Positions 1 through 7,592 are shown, counted from the first letter of the stretch. The stretch is 8,857 nucleotides of DNA from Octopus sinensis (GCF_006345805.1 NW_021828263.1:1-8857), one strand, 5' to 3'. Made by a program: numbers and translations. The notes: generated by a model not told the origin, from the sequence alone.

Positions 1-9
1 AGCGTAGAA

Positions 10-125
10 CAAATTGCCTTTCGGTATTTGTTCTGGCTCATTGCGTTCTGATTTGGAACCTGTCAAAGCCAACCTTGCCTTTCATCCTTTCGGGATCGAT
101 AAAATAGCATAGCAGTTCAGGGTCG
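10..125 (+). mobile_element. Degenerate copy of tRNA-derived SINE family 1 (head remnant plus central core)
   Basis: 75-106 TTGCCTTTCATCCTTTCGGGATCGATAAAATA closely matches the core of the SINE copies at 1766-1983 and 7947-8131; upstream GGTATTTG...GCGTTCTGA resembles their head. Confidence 0.65.
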
Positions 126-131
126 TGGTTA

Positions 132-205
132 TTGCAGAACTGTTACAGTGTTAGATGAAATGCCTTGTGGTATTTCTCTTTCGGTTCTACGCTTCCTGAG
201 TTCTA
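132..205 (+). mobile_element. Possible second, highly decayed SINE family 1 head fragment
   Basis: GCAGAACTGTTA...GAAATGCCTTGTGGTATTTC...CTGAGTTC resembles GAAACGTTAG...GAAATGCTTAGCGGTATTTC...GTGAGTTC at 1766-1827; no core follows. Confidence 0.3.
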
Positions 206-339
206 CGTTCCAGTACATATCAGTGCAAATAAATATATGAGCGTAAATTAGTAAATACCAGTATGGATCGATATGTATCACGCTACAACTAACGTTTCGG
301 ACTGGGACATTTCTCAGCGAAGAAATGAAGAAAGTGAGT

Positions 340-720
340 TAATGTGTATGTGTATGTGGTGCATGTGTGCAGTGTTTCTGTATGTGTGCACATTGTTCAT
401 GTGCATGTAGAATGTATACCAAAAGTGTGCTGCATGTATGGGTATAAATCTGTGTATGTGGTTGGTTTAAGTAATATGTAACTACAAGTAAAGTGTGTAC
501 GTATGTCTTATGTAAATGTGTGTTGCGTATGTGCATGCATGTTTGTATATACATGTATAATGCGCATCTAGATGAATACATGTGCGACGCATATGACTCT
601 ACAGTATACAAAGTGTAGTGCTTGTGTAATTTGTATATATGCATTGTGTAGGTATGTGTACTGAGCTCATGAATGTAGTGTGTATGTGTGCATAATATAT
701 TGTGTATAATATATATATAA
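340..720. repeat. Decayed (TG)/(TA)/(TATG) low-complexity tract
   Basis: Purine/pyrimidine-alternating TGTA/TGTG runs; accounts for the H/T/Y-rich ORF 339-644. Confidence 0.75.
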
Positions 721-1029
721 ATTAGTAAAAAACACCTTTTATCAATTCAAAATGAACAGTTAAATTACACCATCTAGAAAATCACATATAATAGAAATAT
801 TAAAAATATAATAACAATAATATACCGATGATTAAGTAAATTGCAAAATAATAATAAAAACGTATATATTTGGTAGAATAACGACACGTGTTTGATTTAT
901 ACACCATACGACATTACACATCACATCATACATACATACACACGTCCAGACCTTTCATACGCACATACATACTCTCTCATACACACACGCACCCTTATGT
1001 TGGGGCGAGGTCATTTGACCCTGCTATAT

Positions 1030-1290
1030 CCCCTACTATCCCTCTTGCGTCTAACGTCTGATCTCTGACTTCTGGCCGAAATCAGACCGCCATGTTGAAT
1101 CGTTAGCTCCTGCACGCATTTTTTTCTCTTCTTGTTTCTTTCCGTGTTTCTTTTCTGTGTATCTTTCTGTCGAAGAGCGTAGGCTCGAAACGCAAAAGAC
1201 TTGTTTTATTTCTATTCCTGAGCGCCATACTAATACAATTGTTTGTTTGTTACTCCACCTGCCTTCGTCTTTTGTTTATTTTCGTAAAGC
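1030..1290 (+). mobile_element. Putative Penelope-like element terminal-repeat (pLTR) relic
   Basis: Non-microsatellite island containing a minimal type I hammerhead-like motif (1162-1199) preceded by a pyrimidine-rich tract; minimal hammerheads are a known hallmark of Penelope-like pLTRs. Boundaries approximate. Confidence 0.4.
1162..1199 (+). ncRNA. Minimal type I hammerhead ribozyme-like motif with variant core (probably impaired)
   Basis: Stem I TCTTT 1162-1166 / AAAGA 1195-1199 (5 bp); core CTGTCGA 1167-1173 plus an extra A; stem II GAGC-GTAG-GCTC 1175-1186; GAAA 1187-1190; CG-C-A in place of CG-U-H. Deviations from canonical: A6U and U16.1C. Confidence 0.55.
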
Positions 1291-1484
1291 TTCCCGTTAT
1301 ATATATATATGTTTCTGTAATGTGCGCATATGCGCAGTATGTTGGGTATATTCGTATGTAGTATGAATGTGTATGTAATATTCGGTTGCATCTATTGTGT
1401 ATACATATGTGTATGATCAATGTAGTGTGTATCCGTGCGTATATGAATTGTAGTATTTAGTTTTTGAAATGTGTATCTGTAATC

Positions 1485-1704
1485 TACGAGGGCGTGCATA
1501 AAAGTTCCTGGCTTTAAGGGTCTTGCGAAAGGCCTAGTTGGTGGCCCAACCTTCCCAGTTCTTTTATAGGGCTTTGAAAAACTCAAGGACCGATTCAGGA
1601 AGGGCGTAAATCTGCGAGGGGAATATACTGAATAAAATCATAATTAACCGATCCTCTTGTATTTTCTTTTACCCAAAGCCAAGAATTTTTAGCACACCCT
1701 CGTA
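1485..1704 (+). mobile_element. Non-autonomous Tc1/mariner deletion derivative (MITE-sized, 1487-1702) with TA target duplication
   Basis: TIRs: CGAGGGCGTGCATAAAAGTTCCTGGCTTTAAGGGT (1487-1521) versus reverse complement of 1671-1702 CGAGGGTGTGCTAAAAATTCTTGGCTTTGGGT; TA at 1485-1486 and 1703-1704; transposase tail inside. Confidence 0.9.
1570..1635 (+). pseudogene. Mariner transposase C-terminal remnant
   Basis: Translates GFEKLKDRFRKGVNLRGEYTE*, resembling the mariner C-terminal motif (G-I-x-K-L-x-x-R-W-x-K-C-x-x-x-x-G-x-Y-x-E-stop), located just inside the right TIR as expected. Confidence 0.75.
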
Positions 1705-1765
1705 TATACATAGGTGTGTGCATGTGCGTGGGTGAGTGTGTATGTATGTGGTATGTGGTATGTGT

Positions 1766-1978
1766 GAAACGTTAGCACGCCGGGCGAAATGCTTAGCGGT
1801 ATTTCGTCTGCGTTACGTTGTGAGTTCGAATTCCGCCGAGGTCGACTTTGCCTTTCATCCTTTCGGGGTCGATAAATTAAGTACCAGTTACGCACTGGGG
1901 TCGATGTAATCGACTTAATACCTATGTCTGTCCTTGTTTGTCCCCTCTGTGTTTAGCCCCTTGTGGGTAATAAAGAAA

Positions 1979-1983
<5 letters not shown>
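1766..1983 (+). mobile_element. tRNA-derived SINE family 1, near full length (Meta/MESC-like central domain)
   Basis: Pol III B box GTTCGAATTCC 1824-1834; core GTCGACTTTGCCTTTCATCCTTTCGGGGTCGATAAATTAAGTACCAG 1841-1887; tail ending AATAAAGAAATAGGT; about 96% identical to 7947-8131 by manual alignment. The domain name comes from recalled consensus. Confidence 0.9.
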
Positions 1984-2012
<29 letters not shown>

Positions 2013-2060
2013 TATGTGTGTGTGTGTGTGTGCGTGTGTGTGTGTGCGTGTGTGTGTGTG
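1982..2060. repeat. (GT)n microsatellite abutting the SINE 3' end
   Basis: Direct reading, with few interruptions. Confidence 0.95.
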
Positions 2061-2426
2061 GTATTATCTCACACACGACTGTTGAACGTTCAATTCTCAC
2101 CAAGACTTAATTCGATCAAGTTCAAGAGGAAACGAGATTGTGTAATGTTCATGCATTAACCGTAGAAAATATTGTTAATAACCGCCCGTTTGTCTGTTTT
2201 CCTGCCTGCCTGTCTGTTTGTCGGTCTGTCTGTAATCTTAGTAATTTCCCCCAATCAAACACCCTTCCTCGTCTCCTCCCCCACCCCACCCCTCACCCGC
2301 CAGAGGGAGAAGAAGGGAATCGATCCAAGGCATCTTTCATCCAGGCCGATATAATCAGAGACTGCTTTGGAATGTCACTTTAAATTAACGACTGAATTCA
2401 AGAGATTAACTCTTCAAAAAACAACG

Positions 2427-2459
<33 letters not shown>

Positions 2460-2565
2460 ACACCACCACCACCATCACACCACCACCACCACCACGACCA
2501 TTAACCACAATAACAACAGAAAAGCAAAATCAACATTAAGCACCATATCACTACTACTACTACTT

Positions 2566-2616
<51 letters not shown>

Positions 2617-2716
2617 TTACTGCTGCTGCTACTGCTGCTGCTGCTACTGCTACTACTACTACTACTACTTACTACTACTACTACTGCCGCTGCTACTACT
2701 ACTACTACTACTACTG

Positions 2717-2769
<53 letters not shown>

Positions 2770-3300
2770 ACTACTACTACTGCTCTCCCCCCCGACATCC
2801 TCCCAACCCTCATCTCCACCACCCCGTCTCTGTCAGAACAAAAAACCACTACAGCCAGTACCACGCCTCGCCACCCATGTCATCACTACCACTACGACGA
2901 TGACAATCAATACAATACCATTTCACAGTCATAAACGCCGCCACGACAATCACAATACCCCCCCGCCCGACACCCGCAGCACAATCACCACCATCACCAC
3001 CATCACCGCTACAATCACGACGACGACGACCACCACCGCCACCACCGTTACTACCGCCACCACCGCCACCATCGCCACCACCACAACTACCACTGCAGTC
3101 ACCATCGTCATGATGACTTCAGCCGCCACCATCTCTCCTACCCCACCGCCACGATCACTACAATCAACACCGCCGTCACCGCCGCGACCACCACTACAAC
3201 CACATCAACAAAAACCACCACCACCACCACCACCACACCACCACCACTTCTACTACTACAAGAAACTTCGCCTTCACTTCCATCATCACCATGATCTCAC
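2427..3300. repeat. Compound trinucleotide tract (CTA/CTG/CAC/ACC/GAC), decaying rightwards
   Basis: Direct reading; produces the poly-V/S/A/T/P/H ORFs at 2475-3340. Confidence 0.9.
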
Positions 3301-3749
3301 CACAATTAATTTGAGCTCCACCCTTTCCAACCCAGTCTGACATTTATCCCTTTCTCACTTTTCCTATCGCCACCACCACCACCACCATCACCACCACACG
3401 CTCTTCTCTTCTGTACCATCCTCTACCCCCTTAAAAATTCAGAACTTCCTAGTTCCCTATTAAACAGTACATATCTATTGATCTCTACCCCTTACCCTCT
3501 CTCACTATACATAACCCTGTTTTATCGCATGTCCTTATTACTGTAAACCCCACCTGCAACCGATCCCTATTTTACAACCCTATAATAAACACTACACCCC
3601 TTATAACGCGGTCTTGTTATTCCCTATAACTAACACACAGTTTACACTCTTCTAACTCCCCTTCACCCCTGCTCGTTGACTCCCCACCTCCATCATTTCT
3701 TATACTGTTTCATTGCGTAAAACGCTGGCAATACGATTCGATCCACTCT

Positions 3750-3837
3750 CCATCCATCCATCCATCCATCCATCCACCCACCCATCTCTCTCTCTCTCTC
3801 TCTTCTCTCTCTCCCTCTTCTCTCTCTCTTCTCTCTC

Positions 3838-3872
<35 letters not shown>

Positions 3873-3912
3873 ATATATATATATAATATATATATATTAT
3901 ATATATATATAT
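3750..3912. repeat. Compound microsatellite (CCAT)n-(CT)n-(AT)n
   Basis: Direct reading. Confidence 0.95.
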
Positions 3913-3960
3913 GGCGGGCCCCAGCATGGCCACAGCTCATGAGCTGAAACTGGAAAAATC
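3913..3960 (+). mobile_element. Isolated 3'-terminal fragment of SINE family 2
   Basis: GGCGGGCCCCAGCATGGCC...CTGAAAC matches the reverse complement of 6133-6183 (GGCGGTGCTCCAGCATGGCC...CTGAAAC), 18/20 in the first block. Confidence 0.65.
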
Positions 3961-3970
3961 AAAAACCAAA

Positions 3971-4197
3971 ATATATATATATATATTTATATATATAGCA
4001 ATACATATGTGTGTGTATGTGTATATACATACACACATATATACATTTATGTATCGCTGTGTGTGCGTGCGTCCGTGTGTATCTATATATATGTGTTCGT
4101 GAGTGTGTGTATGTATATATGTAGACGTATGCATGTATATGTCTATACATATATGTGGGTGTAGGTAGTTGTGTGTGTGTGTGAGAGAGATAGATAA

Positions 4198-4229
<32 letters not shown>

Positions 4230-4240
4230 GGAGAGAGAGA
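3971..4240. repeat. Compound (TA)/(TG)/(GATA)/(GA) microsatellite
   Basis: Direct reading. Confidence 0.85.
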
Positions 4241-4284
4241 GTTTACATTTGGAAAAGCAGATGATTCAGACCCTCCGTAAGACA

Positions 4285-4640
4285 CAAAATCAATCAGAGT
4301 TGCGACAGCGTGAAACGTCAGCCTTCGAGTCAAACAATAAATTGTGCTACATCTACAGGGTACTCTTTCACTTGTCGGAATGTGTTAACAAGCGAAAAAT
4401 CCCTCAATACCAAAATGGAATACAGTTTATTCCTTTATTGAAAAGTAAGGCTTCACGTTACTGCTACTCACATTTTTTCCGTTTCCAGGATACCTACCCC
4501 ACCCATACGCGCCTATTCGCGCGCAAGCACGCTCGTACACACACATACATACAAACTTTTTTCTAACCACCTTTCTTCACTTTTTTGACGAAGGACTAGC
4601 GTCAGAAACGTCAAGACTCTTTCTATTCTTTTAAAGCGTT
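4285..4640 (+). mobile_element. Possible decayed Penelope-like 3' end (endonuclease-tail-like peptide followed by hammerhead-bearing repeat)
   Basis: ORF 4249-4566 contains LRQR...HLSEC...KIPQYQ, loosely like the C-terminal part of Penelope GIY-YIG domains, followed by a hammerhead motif at 4581-4616. The peptide similarity is weak and from memory. Confidence 0.3.
4581..4616 (+). ncRNA. Degenerate minimal type I hammerhead ribozyme motif
   Basis: TTTT 4581-4584 / AAGA 4613-4616 stem I; core TTGACGA 4585-4591 (C3U) plus an extra A; stem II GGAC-TAGC-GTCA (closing pair mismatched); GAAACGTC 4605-4612 with palindromic ACGT and a GUC cleavage triplet. Confidence 0.5.
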
Positions 4641-4765
4641 AAGCTTATATAAAATTTGTGAAAAATGGTTCTTCCCGAAGAATGTTCCTCATCAATGATA
4701 TTTGTTCTGGTTCATTATGCCCAGGAGGAGGGTGTATACACACACACATACAAACACACACAAAT

Positions 4766-4814
4766 ATAGTTAGTTAGATAGATTGATAGATAGCTAGATT
4801 GGTAGATAGATTGT

Positions 4815-4893
<79 letters not shown>

Positions 4894-4904
4894 GTAGATA
4901 GATA
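4766..4904. repeat. (GATA)n array 1
   Basis: Direct reading; degenerate on the left, near perfect 4815-4904. Confidence 0.95.
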
Positions 4905-5152
4905 TGTTTCTTTATTAGCCACACAGGGATGAACACAGACGGGACAAATTACAAAATAGAGCTTTTTCTTTTTGGGGAGAAAAAAAATAAAATAAAAATA
5001 AAAAGGAGGTAGGTTTTCGATCAAAAGGGATCGTAAAAAGAGAGAAAAGCCCACGGAAAAGACCACGGTAACCTCGGTCAATAATGTCACATGTTAACAC
5101 ATTTATTTGCAAGTAAGTAACTCTGTTTAAAATTTTTTCGGGTTCATAGGAT
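4905..5152 (-). mobile_element. 5'-truncated Tx1/L1-like LINE, copy A (3' UTR plus last codons of ORF2)
   Basis: Colinear with copy B in shared blocks (TGTTTCTTTATTAGCCACACAGGG; TTTTCGATCAAAAGGGATCGTAAAA; ACGGAAAAGACCACGGTAACCTCGGTCAAT; GGTTCATAG). Homology stops at the ORF2 stop codon; AATAAA near the 3' end on the minus strand. Confidence 0.75.
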
Positions 5153-5153
5153 T

Positions 5154-5155
<2 letters not shown>

Positions 5156-5187
<32 letters not shown>
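5156..5187. repeat. (GATA)8 array 2 between LINE copies A and B
   Basis: Direct reading. Confidence 0.95.
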
Positions 5188-5714
5188 TGTTTCTTTATTA
5201 GCCACACAGGGCTGCACACAGACAGAACAAATTACAAGGTAGAGCTTTTCTTTTGGGGGTAAAAAAAGGGGGTTGGTTTTCGATCAAAAGGGATCGTAAA
5301 AGGAAAGAAAGAGGACAAAAGGGGGGGGGAGATGGAAAAAAAAGAAAAGGGGAGAGAAAAAAAAAGTTGATCAATAGGGATCGTAATCACAGAAATGTCA
5401 ATATGAAGTGTAAAGGGGAGGACAGGTGAGGAAAAGCCTACGGAAAAGACCACGGTAACCTCGGTCAATGAAGTCACATGTTATATTTCTTTTTTTTTTT
5501 TTTGCAAATAAGCAACTCTCTGTATTAATTTTTACGGTTCATAGAATCATAGTCAAGGTGGCTTCGTCATTCATACGTGCCATCCTTGCTACATTCACTC
5601 ATCTTTTTTTAAAACATTCACTAGACAAAACTTGCCTCTCTACTCTCACTTTCCTCTTCAAGTGATACTTGAAGAAGTTGATGAGAGATTGACCAGAGAG
5701 GAAAGTGTTTGTCT
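5188..5714 (-). mobile_element. 5'-truncated Tx1/L1-like LINE, copy B (ORF2 C-terminus plus ~350-bp 3' UTR)
   Basis: Minus-strand reading frame 5712-5539 followed by a UTR homologous to copy A and ending AATAAAGAAACA next to (TATC)n. Confidence 0.8.
5539..5712 (-). pseudogene. Disrupted ORF2 C-terminus of a Tx1/L1-like non-LTR retrotransposon
   Basis: Translates TNTFLSGQSLINFFKYHLKRKVRVERQVLSSECFKKR*VNVARMARMNDEATLTMIL*. The in-frame TGA at 5601-5599 sits where Tx1-like ORF2 ends carry F-x-x-R-W. Missed by the ORF track because of this stop. Clade call is from recalled motif. Confidence 0.65.
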
Positions 5715-5739
5715 CTTTCCTCTCTGGTCAATCTCTCAT
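5681..5739. repeat. Perfect 25-bp inverted repeat with 9-nt loop
   Basis: ATGAGAGATTGACCAGAGAGGAAAG (5681-5705) and its exact reverse complement (5715-5739), loop TGTTTGTCT. Confidence 0.97.
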
Positions 5740-5832
<93 letters not shown>

Positions 5833-5836
5833 ATAA

Positions 5837-5892
<56 letters not shown>
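5740..5892. repeat. (GATA)n array 3
   Basis: Direct reading; near perfect with a short AAAT interruption. Confidence 0.95.
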
Positions 5893-5893
<1 letters not shown>

Positions 5894-6130
5894 CTAAAGA
5901 CACAACAGGCATATGAACCAGCTCAAATGAAACACTGCCTCTTACCAATTTTCATTAGGCAGCAGCTATAGCATCCCTGCAGATGAGGAAGGAAGTCAGC
6001 CTGAGCACTAATTGTCCCTATCGTCTTACGTCATCAGGCGTAATATTACCTGGTATATATACTATAGATACATACACATACATAGATACATACACACACA
6101 CACACATATATATATATATGTATATACTAT

Positions 6131-6336
6131 TATTCTTTTATTTGTTTCAGTCATTTGACTTCGGCCATGCTGGAGCACCGCCTTTAGTCCAACAAATCGA
6201 CTCCAGGACTTATTCTTTGTAAGTCTAGTACTTATTCAATCACCAGTCTCTTTCACCAAAGTTACAGGGACGTAAACACACCAACATCGGTTGTCATGTG
6301 ATGGTGGGGGACAAACACAGACACACATACACACAT
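6131..6336 (-). mobile_element. 3' half of SINE family 2
   Basis: Minus strand reads TGTGTCTGTGTTTGTCCCCC...GACAACCGATGTTGGTGTGTTTACGTCCC...GAATAAGTACTAG...GGCGGTGCTCCAGCATGGCC...CTGAAACAAATAAAAGAATAA; its terminus recurs at 3913-3960. The link to the head at 7296-7461 rests on a recalled octopus SINE consensus. Confidence 0.7.
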
Positions 6337-6449
6337 GAAAACCAATATAATATATATGTAAGTGCCTATATTGTTAAATATTCAGCCACTTTAACCTTGG
6401 ATATTTTTATCCCTCCGAGGTTTATATCCTCACCTGTACTTTGATAACG

Positions 6450-6453
6450 TACA

Positions 6454-6487
<34 letters not shown>

Positions 6488-6504
6488 CATACATACATAC
6501 ATAC

Positions 6505-6568
<64 letters not shown>
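6450..6568. repeat. (TACA)n-(TA)n microsatellite
   Basis: Direct reading. Confidence 0.95.
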
Positions 6569-6864
6569 TTCTCTGCCTCTCACACCTTACACTCCACTTG
6601 ATCTGTCTCTTTCCCTCTCTTTCTTCTCCTCCTTTGTTCCTTGTTCCCCTTCTTTCTCTCTTCATCTGTCCCCTTCCTCCTCCTTTTTGTCCTCACGTAA
6701 CCATCCACCGACTACTGCCTTTCGCATCCAGCAGTCATTGTGGTAAGACACATATGTTTGTTCTCTGTGGCCTTAAAGCACTCTTCTATAGCCAGCTCAA
6801 AACTTAACTCGTCCTGTCGAAAAGACGCTTGTCCTTACGTCCTGGTTTTTGTTGTTATCCTTAC

Positions 6865-6943
6865 CATTATTGTTTTTACGTATTTTGTATTCTTATTCGT
6901 GCTATCATTATTGTTTTTACGTATTTTTGTATTCTTATTCGTG
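6865..6943. repeat. Direct tandem duplication, 37/38-bp unit, period 41
   Basis: CATTATTGTTTTTACGTATTTTGTATTCTTATTCGTG at 6865-6901 and 6906-6943, differing by one T. Confidence 0.95.
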
Positions 6944-7201
6944 TAACATCGTCCGTTTTTCCGTCCCTGTGTTGTATACATTCGAGGCTTTCTTCCAAGG
7001 AATGTAATGCGCTTGGCTTAGATTTCCCTTGGGGGCTGCCCAGATCGGAGGAATCTCAAGATTAATCAGCCGAAATTGCGAAGATGATCCGGTTCTTGAC
7101 TGATGATTGAGGGCTTCGAATGTCCCGTCTGTGTTTTTTTGTGTCGTCTTCTAAATGTTTCACGTTCTTGTCCCAGTTTGTATATTGTATATTTTTACTT
7201 T

Positions 7202-7202
<1 letters not shown>

Positions 7203-7277
<75 letters not shown>

Positions 7278-7295
7278 CATATACACACATATATG
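7203..7295. repeat. (TA)n microsatellite with CA-containing end
   Basis: Direct reading. Confidence 0.95.
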
Positions 7296-7461
7296 TACGC
7301 CGGGCTTCTTTCAGTTTCCGCCTACCAAATCCACTCACAAGGCTTTGGTCGGCCAAAGGCTATAATAGAAGACATTTGCCCAAGGTGCCCCGCAGTGGGA
7401 CTGAACCGAGAATCATGCGGTTGGGAAGCAAGTTTCCTACCAAACAGCCACTTCTGCGGCA
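7296..7461 (-). mobile_element. 5' half of tRNA-derived CORE-type SINE (family 2)
   Basis: Minus strand: head GCAGAAGTGGCTGTTTGG, B box GGTTCAGTCCC (7407-7397), CORE-like CACCTTGGGCAAATGTCTTCT (7387-7367; compare CORE GACCTTGGGCAAGTCACTT), ending at a TA/TG microsatellite. Confidence 0.85.
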
Positions 7462-7592
7462 CCTGTAACTCCTCCTGCGCCTATAGCCACTCCTTCGCCT
7501 CTCCTTGTTTGTTGTCTACACCACCTGTCTTCGTATATATATATATGATTTCAGCTAGAAAATTAATATAACAAAACTTCTTGGTTTATTTT

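Noticed and set aside
285-320. Minus-strand hammerhead-like CTGAGAA...GTCCGAAACGTT
   Set aside because: Core is incomplete and neither stem I nor stem II pairs.
1008-1021. AGGTCA-TT-TGACCC nuclear-receptor-like inverted half-sites
   Set aside because: Single short motif with atypical spacing and no promoter context.
1323-1336. 14-bp palindrome TGCGCATATGCGCA
   Set aside because: Lies in purine/pyrimidine-alternating repeat sequence, where palindromes arise trivially.
1766-1840. tRNA gene
   Set aside because: A B box is present but there is no cloverleaf; it continues into SINE core and tail.
6015-6040. Minus-strand CTGATGA followed by a CGT-AAG-ACG hairpin
   Set aside because: No GAAA, stem III or cleavage triplet follows; expected by chance.
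5983-6052. Possible small plus-strand exon (CTGCAG acceptor, GTATAT donor)
   Set aside because: Weak polypyrimidine tract and donor, only one open frame, no recognisable peptide.
6814-6845. Hammerhead-like CTGTCGAA...AGAC-GCTT-GTCC...ACGTC
   Set aside because: GAAA is absent (TTAC instead) and stem I does not pair; kept only as a weak hint.
6865-6943. CRISPR-like repeat
   Set aside because: Only two units with a 4-bp spacer, in eukaryotic DNA with no cas genes; a simple tandem duplication.
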